The notes under the pieces were generated by a model that was not told the DNA's origin, did not search any database, and worked only from the letters and a program-made list of their open reading frames with translations. DNA of 64,000 bases from Saccostrea cucullata (taxonomy: Eukaryota): assembly GCF_032062105.1 (NCBI RefSeq), contig NW_026940558.1, positions 1-64,000 on the forward strand, written 5' to 3'. Position numbers and translations under genes: made by a program. Numbering within the stretch: position 1 is the first letter of the stretch; every line of letters starts with the position of its first letter. This document shows, piece after piece, positions 29,046-43,009 of the stretch.

Positions 29046-32000
29046 TTTTTCTTTCGATATATAAGACTAAGTTTACATCTGACTAATATTAAAAAATAGA
29101 TTAAAATGGATAGTTTTTTTTTCGGTAAAAGAGAGACCCTTTCTATCAATGCATGTACTAGTATTTATTTCTTGTATATAATTTTTTTTTTCATAAAAAT
29201 GGTCCTGTTCCTAAAAAAATGTTGGAACCTTTTTCTTCATTTTAACCTTGAAATGTAATGAAATATTAAGAATAGGAATCAAAACAATTACATCAAAGTT
29301 TCAAAGTCTTTACTATTGTTAATTAAATTCCAAAGTTTTAACTGTAGTAAATCAAAGTTTCAAAGTTTTTACTATAGCAAATCAAAGTTCCAAAGTTTTC
29401 ACGATAAATGGTAAATTTAAGTTCTAAATGTTTACTTTGGTACTATAGTTAACTAAAGTAAACTATAGTTTACTGTAGTATTTTTTTAAGGATGTGTATG
29501 GATTTTCTTTACACCAGCCGTGAAATTATCCTATAAATTTTAGTTTGTCGTGCAATGTAACATCACCGACTTTCTCTTCACAATAAAACAAAAAGCCGAT
29601 CAAACTACGTTGTAGTTTAATGGAAGTTTTCAATTTAAGGCGAAGTAATGAGACAAAGTATGTTTGTAAGCGTCGGGATGGGATGGGGAACGGGTTATTT
29701 ATATTAATAAATATTTTATGATGTTTTAGGTAGGATTCTTCTCACATTTCTTGTCTTTAAAAATTAATGAAATGTTCACAGAATCAAGAGGACAATACGC
29801 ATTTGTGATGCTATCAGTTAGAATAGATTTGACTGTTTTATATTAGAGGCAAGGTCAGGTCGAGGTCATTTCCTTTTTCTTTTTTTAATAATATGTTTTG
29901 TATCTCTTGGAATAAGATACAAAATATTCATATTTGACATTCTCTTCTGATTTCTACATTGTTTTCAAAATGTTTTAAAATAAAGGTACACCAAAAAATG
30001 GTGAGATAAACCGTTCAGAGGATTATCCATAAGGGTTATATAAGAAATATGAACCTTTGGTATCTTGTCCAAATGGTTTGTAAGGTATCCTTTTTTGCGA
30101 GGAATTTTATTTAAGTACCTACTACTCAATGACAATCTCTTAAGAAAAATTATATATTTTTGAGGAACGTGTCGTCTGACCTCAACATTAAACCAGAAAT
30201 CTCTGTCAAGACTGTAGCTAAACTGGTTCGTACTTATAACAAAGGATCAGAAAAGAAGCCATTACCATCAGACCAAATCTGTAGAGGGAGTAGCGTTTTA
30301 AAGGAATTTCACAGAAATTTCTATTTTTACTAATCATGGCAACCTTGTTCTTTAAAATAAAAAAAACTGATGCACTATTTTATGTATCTAAGTGTAGTCT
30401 ACTTGTGTGCCAAGTTATATCGAAATCAAACAAAAATTGAAGGACAAGAAATACTGTTCATCGAAATCAAAAACCGATGAAATATCTTATGTATCTTTGT
30501 GTGCCAAGTTATTTTGAAATCAGACCAAAACTGCAGTCGGAGTAACGTTTAAAAAAATGTTTACAGACAGACGGACAGCTAGACGGACGGGCGTATAACT
30601 ATCGCAAAAGCTCTTCTATAGTCTCTGAACAGTAGACCTAAAAATTACTGTTTCCAATAATGCAATCCCTACTTGTACTTCAAAAGATTATTTTTTTTAT
30701 CTTTGCACAAAAAGATACTACCATATATAGCCTATAAGATCATATTATCAAATTGACAATTTAAGTAAAATGGAAATATGCTAATCAGAATATCCTCTAT
30801 TTTTCCTAAATTTTTAGGATTTATTAGTTATTTTTATGTACTTCCTATACATGTATTTAAATTTTTCCAATTTTCACATATAGTAAAGTTGGCACATAAA
30901 GGCACAAAATGATACAACAATTATCAGTTTTGATCGTCTACAAAAATAACACCTTTTACGGATTTTTTGGCTCAATTCTGTTCTTGGATTTGAAGCATTT
31001 AAAAGGAAACATAGTTCTAGTATGTGGGAAAAATCTTATTTATTTGATATATTTTGAAACTTTATTCCCTTATTATTAATTTAACTTACATTTGAAAATT
31101 TCGTCTAGTCTTTGATTGCGTAAAAATTATAGCTAAACTCAATGTTCTAAAATAATTTTGAGAGACAGAAAAGAAGATATTTCATACGCCACTATTCAGC
31201 CAAAAATATAGTCCCTGCTAGTTTTCAAACGCAGTTTACCATTTCTATTTCAAGTTGTATAATTATAATGAAGAAAGAAAAATATGGTCTTTTAAGCCTC
31301 TTACATTTAAATATATGACATATCAACAAATATACTTCGAATATTCTATCTAGTAAAAAACCAGAGAAGAACCCTTCTTAAGTTAAATCTATATTTAATG
31401 TTTTGGGGAAGATAACTGATTTTTTATTCTCCATTTTTGAAGTCCTTCCTCTATACTTGGAAAAGTTTGCCACAGACTTGTGTTGATATGCAACTTACGT
31501 TTCTTTTTATCATCTAAATTACATGTGGTACCCAATGGTCTTAAAGTAACTATTTCTAATCAAAGTATTTCTTTATAACGATAAAAAAATGAAAATTAAA
31601 TAAATGTCATTGCAATAAAAAATCTAGCTCGTGCTTATTTTTGCCAACTAGACAGCACATAGAAAAACTTCTGTGTTTCTTTCTTTCCTTGTATTTGTGC
31701 TACTTTTTATGTATAGAATCAGATGAGCTTGTGACCATGTGGAATCGATTTAACATTAAATTATGGAGTGCCCAGAATACCATATGCCTTAAATACCAAG
31801 AGTCCAAGCATATCAAAGTTTTGTACTTTATGTTTGGAATAATTAGAAAAATAATGTCTTATATTATTCAAAAATCTATTCTATTCCTAACCAGAAAGAT
31901 TTCAGTCTGTCTTCACTGCAATTGTCAGTTTAGAATAATCTATTTCGGTATACATGTACCATTTATACTCGCCTGTTAGTGGTTTTTGCTTAATGTAAGT

Positions 32001-32439
32001 CTGAAATTTAGACAGTTTTTTTCACTCATGGCTGATGTTAGATAGCAGACATGTCCCTAACAAAAAAAAATACTACAGAAAACTTCATAGTTTACTGTAG
32101 TTTAATATAATCAAGTAGAGAAGCAAAGTAAAAACTTTGGAACTTTGATTTGCCAAAGTGAAAACTTTGGAACGTCGCTAACCACTGTCAAAATGTACGA
32201 TCCTCTCCCAATCTGGCTGTAGTTGCATGTCGAAAATATTTTGTAGCTCATTAAAGTAATCAACGCAAGTAAAACATAGTCCGACTTTTCATGCGACCTT
32301 TCAATACCCATTCGCAGTGAACGAAACACTTCTGATGGATATTAGTATTAATAGAGAGGGTCTCTCTTGTACCGAAAAAAGAACTATATTCATTTAAATC
32401 TATTTCATTTTAATATTAGTCAGATGTAAACATAGTCTT

Positions 32440-32977
32440 CAGGGGCGGATCCAGCCATTTTTGAAAGGAGGGGTTCCAGGGTTGTGCCCCTTTAACCCCC
32501 CCCCCCTTACACACTTCCTTTGAAAAGGTACCCCCAGTCAAATAAAATAAGAAACACATTTGAAAAACTACTGAAGCCTAAAAATTGAATGGATTTGCAG
32601 CATTTCCTTAGATTACAAAGAATTTATTTTTCTTCCAGAATTTGAAAAACTTTTTCGGGGTTGGGTGCGGTTGAGGTTAAAAAAAAAGAGTTACATGTTA
32701 GTTCCTTCGAAAGATATAATAAAAAAAAACCGGTACATTAGATAGCCAAGACATGCAGCTAAAATTCGCGGGAATCTAATATCAAATTAAATTTCGCATG
32801 TTACATATATGTAAGGTATATAAAAATAAGTAGAATATTTTCTACCATTCTTTCATTAAAAAAAGTAATGGTGAAGGTGAATGGAGGAAACTAAATGTAT
32901 GAGATTCAGAATATATCTATTCAATATATACGACGTATAAATATTTATTCTCTGAAAATGTTTACTCTCTCTCTCTT

Positions 32978-33042
<65 letters not shown>

Positions 33043-33100
33043 TTGGCAAAAAATAAAGGGGGGTTCCAACCCCCGGAACCCCCCTCTGGATCCGCCAATG
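32440..33100. mobile_element. MITE with 5-bp TSD carrying a (CT)n microsatellite
   Basis: GTCTT|caggggcggatccag ... ctggatccgccaatg|GTCTT. (CT)n at ~32965-33038. The left arm of the foldback shows the empty site. Confidence 0.85.
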
Positions 33101-35677
33101 GTCTTGTATATCATGTATATCGAAAGAAAAAAAAAATACCTCAAATGAAATATGTGTCATTTAGAAATTAAAAAAAAAATACAGCCTCTTCAACCTCAGT
33201 CAAAATGTATATTGTAATTTGATAAAAACTAGAATTCAAAATTGATTCTAAAATAATCATGCAACAGTGATGTATTCAAGTAACACGGCTCACTTTTAAA
33301 GCATAAATGAACCTTTTTTCTCAACACGATATATATTATTCTATGTTTTTCATGTACTTGTATTCTTTGTTATATATCCTTAAACATAAGTTGTCAATAT
33401 TGATTACTATCTTTTTGGAATTTGAAGAAACGAAGCAATAGTAAAAATCTTGATACGTATATCTGAAACGTTAACAGTGATATGTGTTACGTTGTATCAA
33501 ATCTAAAACATATATATATTTCAGGTTGACTATTCAAATCATTGTATAAATTTAAAAAGAATTTAATTGCTTGTTTACCTCTGTATTTTCATTTTAATAA
33601 AATGGTTCTTTGAAGGATTTGAATATCATTTTATTTATCTCTTTGTTTGTATCTCTTTCTTCGAGCTATCTCTAAAACACCCGTGGGTTAAAGATGTTCC
33701 CTTGACTAAATAGAAAACACATGCAGAAAAACTTCAATAATTACCATTTACATTTGTATATAGAACAAGGGCGTTTATAAATATTTTGACAAGTGATATC
33801 TCATTGTTCAGGAAAGTTGGATTTGTGTTTCTCTTAGATATTACAAGCAATTTCTAAATTTTATATCATTAAGGGTCGCAACTGCAACGCTTAATGATAC
33901 ACAAGTGTGTATCATTAAGCGTCGAATATGTCGATATTTGCTTGTTTCATTAAGCGTCGATGTTGCACTGCATTTTTGACGCCTAATGATATAATTCTAT
34001 CATTAAGCGGCAATTTAGCATTAGCGGTTGATGATGTCAGCTATTAATGCAATAATTTATGGCATTAAGCGTTGCAATTGCAACGCTTAATGCTATTTCT
34101 ATCATTAAGCGGCGTTTTAAGTAATTGTAGAATCCTGACTTTCTTCTGATAAATGTTTTACAAGCTATGCCACCATAACTTTTTGATAGAAGCATTATAT
34201 TACAATCGGTGCTTTACATACTAGATCAACATTTAGAGTGTGAAAATGGCTTTTGCTATAGGTGGTAGTTCTTGCTTTTAATGACAGTGCTACACTTTTA
34301 TGTAATCTATAATTCAGGTGATTTAGGGTATGTTTCTCGAAATGATTTATCATAGGTCTCTGAATGTTTCCTTTTGTTAGCCACAATATAAGATCTTTCA
34401 AATAAATAAACAAGAGATTTATCCAGGATTGGAAGATATTGCTAACAAACAAACAAGAAATCCCAAATCTTCTACCTAAATTTTGAAATTGTAGTCGAAG
34501 ATTAAGCCTAATCAATGTTTATAAAACTTCAATGGGAAGTGAATATGGTTTCAGTAGTGCTCACCATGCACCTTTATCAATTCAACCATTGAAGAAAGAA
34601 CAGTGAGCGATACTTTCAGTATTAAAAACATAATTTTTCTCTGTGCAAATCTGAAATGCTGAGGGCTCATGACAAGTTTGAGTACCTACATTTTTTAAAG
34701 TGTAAAATTGTACGCATGATCATTTAAAGCATGCATAGACTATGTTTAACAATTGATTGAGATTTGTAGGTGACACAGGACTCTCCCTGTTAATGGATAT
34801 GTTGTGTCTGAGTAGAGGCTGAGGTACTCATCGTATGAACTAGTGCATCTAAAGCGGAACTTTTACTCCACAACTCTCTGCAGCAGATCCAAAAACTTAC
34901 CCCTTCATCCTGAAATTCACATGCCCCATCGGGTACTTTTTGCCTGCATTTGATGTATAACAGTTTTCCTTATGCCATTGGTTTACCGATTTAAATGCAT
35001 AAATTTACAACCATACACATTAATGAAAATCTATTGAAAAGTCACAGACCTTTGAATACTGCAATGGTGATGAACGCCATCTTGAAAACTGTAAAGGTAT
35101 TTTTGAATGCAAACAAAAACTGGTGATAAATGAATGACAATCAAATATACAACTAGTTGTTTGTAATTGCAAACTGTATATTCACATAGACGTTTGACAA
35201 ATACTGAGCTATTTGTAATTGATCCTGGTATAATTTTAACTTTTAGTAATTAGCATATGTTTTGTATAGTTTTTTTCATGTTGTGTATATGTTGTGTATA
35301 TGAAAAAGTTTATTGTCATTTTGCTAATAAACGACAAATTTCGATTCTACTATGTGTTTGAGTTTAATAAATTGAAAATCACACGGGCAGAATCATTTTG
35401 AAGAAAAAAAGGTTAACAAAAATTAACATCATTGAAAAAATTAATGAGAAAATCTATAAAATTAAAAACAATAACTCATTGTCTTATCCTAGAAAAAGCT
35501 GGGGTCAGGGTTCAGCACTGTTGGGCAATATACAATATGTATTGTGACTGGTTAGTGGTGCTATATTTAGCAACATCATCCCATATTTGACGTAGAAAAA
35601 CTATGTCAATCAATAGTATATTTAATTTCATTTCATTTCTTTTAGAGGAAAGGTCCTTTGTTCACAAAATTAAAATA

Positions 35678-36898
35678 CAAGGGCCGTTTAAAAACTACGC
35701 GGACGGTGCTATTATCCACTCTTACAGACGGCATAAAGTTATGAAATTTCACAGAAATATGTATCGTAAAGACTCCAATAACTTTTTGGCAGAATTTCTG
35801 TATTCTAAAAAAAATTCTACTAGAATTATCGGTATGTTGACATCACTGATGGAGAGGTACGAAGCACGAAAAAAATTTGAAGCAAAAGCATGCGGAATCC
35901 AAAATTTCACTCACTAATTTTCTATAATTCGCGATATTCTTCGACCATTTTCTAAAATGTATCTTTAAATTGTTCTATTAGTATGTATTTAGATTTCTGA
36001 CATGATGTTTGAAGTATTATCAGAAATATAGTGATTTTTCTCTGATGCGATTCCCGTGAAAATGACTGTGAAAATGACGTCTCCTGAATTGACGGCGCAC
36101 CACACTTTTGTTATATTATGTGAAATGCTCGAGATATCGCCAACATAGATCCACAATATGCATAACATAACATGTAGTAAACTAGGGTATTCGTTACCAT
36201 CGTCCACAAATAGTAAATTGTAATTTTAGACCTTTAGATATTTATTTGTTTACCTCTTTAACTGCTTCTATATGATCGCGCCCACGTGTGCTATCTCCGC
36301 CAAGTTAATTACGCTGAGCTGACCAGTACAAATTCATCCGTTATCTTCTTCTTTTATCTTCTTATTTTTAGTGCAATTTTTGTTATGATACCTCTGTAAA
36401 AAGGCTATACGAGAGGACGGGAAGAAGATTATCGACGAAAACCTTATCCGGACTGTAAAGAACGTGATTTACAGTCACCAATATCACACTATATCTTATA
36501 AATACCTGGAGTTTTTGGTTTTAAAACAAAAAAAAAAAAAAGAATATTCTTTACTTGTTTTATAGATTTTAAGCTTGACAAGAAATGGTGTTTGGATGTT
36601 GAGTAGATAAGATAACTCAAACTGTACAGGAACTCTTGGGAAAATGTTGAGAAAATGAAATCTCAATAACATATTTTTTTATAATGCCTTTGACGTCGAC
36701 GATTTTGCTGCTCTGTGACTCAATGATATGTCCTGAAAAATCACTCAAACTTGATATCAATTTACAAAATTTTGATTTGAAATTTTGAAGACTATATAAG
36801 TAAAGATTATTTTATATTATGTGTAACATTTTGCCCGATTATGTCGTCAAATATTTTTTTCTGTGCAACAAGTCCGGGTAATTTTTAAACGGCCCTCG
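35678..36898. mobile_element. Non-autonomous mariner-type element
   Basis: TA|caagggccgtttaaaaactacgcggac ... gtccgggtaatttttaaacggccctcg|TA. Confidence 0.8.
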
Positions 36899-37470
36899 TA
36901 TATGCATAACACAAAACAGAAGGAGTCTTATTGAACACGGATCACTACTCCAATTATTTTATAGATCTGTACTTCTGAAGTCTTATCTATCATTTATACA
37001 AGTCGGTATTATTTTGCCACAAACATATGTACTTAATCATTTTTAATGTAAAACTGTTGTGTTTTTTATTTTACATTTGTGTTAATTGATAAATACATCA
37101 TATTAGTTTAATAATGTAAACTGGCAAAGACAAAATTGCTCTTGTATTGACAACATGGAGTCTTCATTTGTAATGAATTTAATGTTGTAATGCACCTTAG
37201 TATATATTTTCTGTGCACAATTGGCAGTTGATGGTTTCGATTCTTTACTGAATTTCACCATAAAGTAAGCTTTTTTTATCTATACATTTGAAAAATAATT
37301 ATTTTTGTTCTTAGTGTCACAAAATGTAAATCCTTCAGAAATGTTTTACTGAAGTCAGTATAATGGAAAGTTTCCTGTTTTGATTACACTCTTTGCTTTC
37401 ATATATAAACCTCTCTTCTTTACATTTGAAAGTTAAATATTTAACCTTGATACATTTTAGATATTTTTTT

Positions 37471-37989
37471 AGTCCCCTACCGGTGAAACCGGGGGGGGGG
37501 GGGGGGGGGCGGCTATAGGTTTCCTCTGCGTCCGTCCGTCCGTCTGTCTGTCCCCGTCAGTCTGTCCCACTTGGTTTTCCACACTTTTTTTCTAAACGCT
37601 TGCAGATATTGAGCTGAATTTTGGTATGTGTCTTATTCTGTATCTTAATGAGTTACAGATCAAGTTTGAATTTCACTTCGCTTCAATGATTTTTGACAGA
37701 ATTTTGGCATTTGAATATTTTTCATAATCACTTAATTAAGATCGGGTTCGCCATGCGCTTACTTCGATTGTTGACGAAAATACGAAGCGAAGAAAAGACG
37801 GTGGAGAAATGAGTTGAATTTTCGTCCTAATGTGGATTATTTTATTGGTTTTAAGGCATTTACAACTTGAAAATCTTTCAGTTTTACCTTGGACATGGCT
37901 TTTTCATATTATAAAATGACACCCTAAAGAAAAAGGGGAACCCGGTAGGGGACATGTATTGCTTATGCAATACTCTCAGAATGCTTGTT
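37471..37989 (+). mobile_element. HINE (Helentron-associated) element
   Basis: SubTIR gtcccctaccgg / ccggtaggggac, (gtcc/gtct)n microsatellite, 3' hairpin gtattgcttatgcaatac, cttgtt end. Same family as 44849-45880. Confidence 0.8.
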
Positions 37990-38799
37990 ATATATCATTT
38001 GCTTTATTTCAAAAGTTGTGTGTAACAATCACTATTGAACTTGCATATATAATTTGTATTTCCCGCGTTTTGTTCCTATGCTTATTTTACCCATAAGTCC
38101 TTGCAAAATAGCTTAGCCGACCAGAACAATTGAGGCCTGGTCATTCCCAGCAGAGAAACGTAGCTGCAGACACGTTTTCTATTTTCGAAGCAGCTAGTAT
38201 ATGTACATAGCAGCAGTACATGCAATATTTTGACAATGGCACGGAGACAGGTTTGTGGTAAGTATTACTTATAATATTATGACATTATTTGCTTTGTATA
38301 TAATTTTTAATTTTTAGGCAAATTCGTTATTGAGTACAACTTCGTTCTTATTTCGGAACTTGGCCAGCTCTCACCATTTTACCTGTTGTTCACTCATGTG
38401 TGACGGTTAGCGAGAGTGTTCGAGTGGCTGTTGTATTATATCGATAACGTTTAAAGTTCTCATTGTTAAATGTTCGTTATTTTCTTGTACTCAGTTTTGT
38501 TACTTTGTGTAGAATATTTCGTCCATTTAAATTTTGGTTTAAATGTCTGGGCGGAAGTGAATGACCGGAAGTTGAAATTAAGGTGCGCCATATTGCCAAT
38601 ATTTTGTTTTGACTGTTGTTAACTGGTAACCATTATACTTAGTACTTTTTAATTATTTTTATATTGAGAATGAACTGCCAAACATAGTGGTATTGCCAAA
38701 TATATGTAGTGAAACATGTGACTTATTAATATGCATCACTGTAGTGTCAGAGATATTGGTACTGGATATTGGGTACATGCACTAAGCTGAGGGGATCGT

Positions 38800-39135
38800 A
38801 ATAATAATAATAATGAATGGATTTATATAGCGCTTTTCTAGCATAAATGCTACTCAAAGCGCTTTACAATCATTATTATCCCAGCAGACCTAAACAATCC
38901 AGAATCTTTCTCAGTGCAAGCTTCCGTAATCAGCGCTAGAACACTAACATTCTGACAAGATTTTTCACCGTCTATAGCCAGGTACCCCTTTTACACTTGG
39001 GTGGAGTGAGGAAATTCGTGTAAAGTGCCTTTCCAAAGGACACAACGTCGACTTGCCGCGGCCAGGATTCGAACTCACAACCTTTCGGTTTGGAGTCCGG
39101 CACCTTAACCACTAGACTACCGACGCCAAACGTCT
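38800..39135 (-). mobile_element. Full-length tRNA-derived CORE-type SINE with L2-like tail
   Basis: Minus strand: A-box tagtctagtgg, B-box gttcgaatcc, CORE-like tgtgtcctttggaaaggcacttt...ccacccaagtgtaaaaggggtacc, tail aaagcgctttgag...aagcgctatataaat followed by (att)n. TSD GATCGT. Confidence 0.8.
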
Positions 39136-39581
39136 GATCGTGGTGACACAGCGAAAGGTTCCAGGACTAAAGCCTGGAAGGATGTTGTGTGTGTGATCAA
39201 GACTCGGTGATAGTTGACAGACACAGATAAGTCAAACCACGTAACGTTATAGTTCGTTAGATGAACACTATGGCAAACCTGACATAGTTTTATTTATATG
39301 ATGATCATAAGGATGATGGTGATGATGGCGATGAGGATGATGATCGATGATACGGAGACGATCACTACATTGGGAAATGTTTGGCAATAATTGAGACATT
39401 GATAACTGAGATATATACCCAGGGTTGGTTGATTGTTAATTGGATAATTGGCTACCAATTTATACTTAGTACTATAATCATGTGACGTCACTTGTGATGA
39501 TGTCACAAGTGATGAATATTGCTTTTGGTTGTGTTTGTGTTTTGTAGACATTTTGACCTTGAACAAAACATCTTTTTAAAT

Positions 39582-40822
39582 CCCGTACGAAACAGTCCGG
39601 GCGGTTTAGACACGGCTCAGGCACGGATTCCGTCTCCAGAAACCTGTGCTTCAGCATTCCGTGCTCCTATGTAAAGTATGTATGGAAAGCCGTGCCTAAA
39701 TGTGGTCGAGGCACAGACACGGCATGGGATATTGGTGGAATTATTTAAATGAGATCACACAGTTTTATAAAACCCATGTCAGGAAGCCGTGCTAGTTTCC
39801 ATATATGGACTCACGGATTCAGTAAACCCGTGTCTGAAACCCGTGTCGTTCTCCATATATGGCGACACGGTTTTTTGGAAACCCGTGTCAAAAAAAGCCG
39901 TGCCATATACCATATAAGGAGTCATGGGATCTGTGCATTCGTCTAGATCTAGGTCATGGCCTTCAGAGAATCTCCTTACGTTACTGTGAATGCCAAAATG
40001 GTGACTGAAACCAAACTAACTTCACATTGCTTTAAATTAATGCTTAGTTTTAGAATTTTAAAAGCTAAAAATCTTATATAAATGTGTCCATTTACTTTCT
40101 GTTCAAGATTTACTTTATCAGTTACTTGTCCATGTTAGCTTTTAATTAATATTTCAATGATAATGTACCATATTTAATTGTAATTATAATCTAATCTAGT
40201 AGCTAAGTTTGCACAATATGAGAAAGAATTTAGTTTAAATAAAACTTTCAATAGCACAGGTTGTCACATAAATTATATACTATAAAGATTAGTGAAAGTC
40301 CAGCTAAAGAAGTCATTCAAGTAATTTTAAACTATTTCATCATGTTCATTGTCAACATTGCAATAAGGAAGATCATGGAAATCGAAAAATTGACTTATTT
40401 ATTTTAGATTACACTTACTGCATTTAGTTCAAAAGTGAAGATATTATCCCAGACTGACATAAATACAATTCCAACTGACGTCTGTTAGTTTAATATATCC
40501 TTTAACTAAAGCAAAACACACATTCTTAGCTCATGACCATGAATCCCTCCAATTTTATATTCAAATGAAGGAAGTTATGATTGAGCATGCTCAGTAAAAA
40601 GCCGTGAGATATAAATAAATAGTTTGAAGCAAAACCCGCCTCAGTTAAAAACCGTCTCTCTGGGTCACGGATTCCGTGCCTCCGCACGGGTTTCTGTGAG
40701 CGAGGATTCCTTACTTTCAGACACGGAAGCCGTGTCCGTGTCTTGGACATGCAGAACCCGTGCGGCCGTGTGTCTTAGCCGTGCCCAAGCCGTGCCTATT
40801 CCACCTCGAACTTTCGTACGGG
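39582..40822. mobile_element. EnSpm/CMC-like non-autonomous element
   Basis: AT|cccgtacgaaa ... tttcgtacggg|AT: 2-bp TSD and many subterminal ccgtg/cacgg repeats at both ends. Confidence 0.75.
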
Positions 40823-41834
40823 ATAATTTGTCAGTATTAATTTGTGTTCTATGGACTAAGATGTCTTCATGAAAGTTAACAGAAAAAACCAGGTTGCAGG
40901 TTTTAACAAATCAAATTTATGTGGGAGCATCTTCATGGCATAAATTCAGATTAGTTAAAATCATTAAGAGTTCACATTTTTTTTCTGATCACATTTTGTC
41001 CGTCCGTCCGTCTGTCTAGCTATCCTTACGTAAACTTTTCACATCTTCGACTTCTTCTCAAGAACCAATGGACCAATTTTTACCAAACTTGGTACAAAGC
41101 ATCTTTTTCAATAAATTGTCATAATTACTATAATTATTATGTGTTCTATGGACTGCGGTATCATTCCGAATATTGACAGAAAAACCAAGGTTGACAAATG
41201 AAATTTATGTGTTCAAATCATAAAGAGTTCACATTTTTTACAAAAAAAGACTGCTGCTGCAAACCAGGTTACATGCAGGGTTGACAAATCAAATTTATGT
41301 TGGAACATCCTCATATGGCGATAATTCAAATAAGTTCAAATCATAAAGAGTTAAAAACAGCATATGTCAATGTCATTCATGACATATTAATTTGCATTCT
41401 CTGTAAGCAACAAAATTCGTAAAACAAGTTTCTCCTATTTTGATGAAAATTGCAATAGGTGACACATTCCCTCAATTCTAATTTTTATGGTTAGGTAATT
41501 ACCGTAATGTAAAACCAATAAGGTAACAATTTGAAGTTCCTTAAAACATGTAAAGAAGTAACATATATACTAGTTGTCTCGGTTGCACAAATTTATCATG
41601 CATGATGGCGCTGTATCTCGTTTTTTTTTTAAATCCACTCAAGAATTTACTAAGACATCATTTTAGACATACAGAGTGTATTTTGTAAATTGAATATGTA
41701 AAGGAAGTGATGTATAAATTCTTTTCTTCCTGCTGAATTGTCATGAATGAAATAAGTTATTTTTTAGATCCTTTATGTTCTTCATGACCAGAAGCTATGT
41801 CTTTTTTCTGTCACCCTCCTACCGTCTGCTAATT

Positions 41835-43009
41835 TTTAGGTCACCTAGGTGACCTATTGCTACTGTTTTCGTACGTCGTTCATCGGTCGTAAACTTTTGA
41901 ACATTTTAGCTTCTTCACTGGAACCACTGAACCAATTTCAACCAAATTTGGTATACAGCATCTATGGGTAAATGGGGAACAAAAATTAAAAATTTCATGA
42001 TCCCTTGGGCCTGAGGGGTGGGGCCAAAACTACTAAAATTAATGCAATCCCAAAAATCTTCTTCTTCACTCCTGGACATCAAGCAGTCGAACTATTGACA
42101 TGATTGTAATCATCATTGAGTCCTACCAAAAATTTGAAATTCATCAGGGGTCAGGGGTTCTGGTGTTTCTGGCAGGGGGCTAGATAGATTATAAAGTTAA
42201 AGTTTATTCTTTCTTTGAAAATCTTCTTCTCTGCTCCTGGGTATAAAACAAACTAACCAAGGACATAGTTATGATGACCAAGACTGCCTCTTCGAAAATT
42301 GTGAATTTCATGGCCCCTGGGTCAGGGGCTCTGATGTTAAGGTTGTACACTATTGATTATATTGTGAAAATGCATTAATTCTTAGAAAATATTCTTCTCT
42401 TCTTATAGGTATTAAATAAACCAACTAAGTAAATAGTCATGATGAGCAAGAGTGTCTCTTCCAAAATTGTGAATTTTTTGGCCCCAAGGTCAAAGGTTCT
42501 GGTGTTAAAGCGGGGCTCTATTGATTATATAGTGAAAATGCATTATTTCTTTGAATATCTTCTTCTCTGCTCCTGATCATGAGTATTAAATAAACTAAGT
42601 ACATAGTTATAATGAGCAAGAGTACCTTTACCAAAATTGTGAATTTTATGGCCCCATGGTCAGGGGTTATGGTGTTAGGGCGGAGCTCTTTTGATTATAA
42701 TGTGAAAATGCATTAATTCTTTGAAAAATCTTCTCTGCTGCTCCTGGGTATTAAACAAAATAATTAAGTACATAGCTCTTCCAAATTTGTGAATTTTATG
42801 GCCTTTTGGTCAGGGGTTCTGGTGTTAGGGCAGGGCTCTATTGATTATATAGTGATAATACTAGTACATTGATTCTTTGAAAATCTTCTTCACTGCTCCT
42901 GGGCATTAAACCAATGAACTATGAACATACTTATGATTAAGAAATCAAAATTGTCAATTTCATGGCCCCTGGGTCGGGTGTTCTGGTGTTAGGGTGGGGT
43001 TCTATTGAT
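41835..43009 (+). mobile_element. HINE element with ~166-bp tandem array (about 6 units), 3' end missing
   Basis: 5' ttttaggtcacct..aggtgacctattg, with repeated aaaattgtgaatttcatggcccctgggtcaggggttctgg units. Cut at 43010 by another element end (cagacctggggtcaattac). Confidence 0.8.

Larger units (their letters stand above)
27362..34119. mobile_element. Foldback-like element / very long inverted repeat
   Basis: 27362-~28400 plus ~29040-29170 is the reverse complement of ~33110-34119 plus ~32345-32439. Termini are taaaacgccgcttaatg / cattaagcggcgtttta, with a repeated CGCTTAATGA motif in the outer 270 bp. Confidence 0.8.

Noticed and set aside
30650-32050. Possible gene or transposase in the centre of the foldback
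   Set aside because: No sustained ORF or recognisable motif; at most a very old LINE relic that I cannot support.
32856-33144. RE/ER-repeat ORFs
   Set aside because: Translation of the (CT)n microsatellite inside a MITE.
34130-35100. Possible ancient LINE relic including ORF 34195..34515
   Set aside because: Too degenerate; no diagnostic RT motif is readable.
38090-39290. Possible solo LTR or promoter-like region around the SINE
   Set aside because: No defined TG..CA ends, TSD or second copy in the window.
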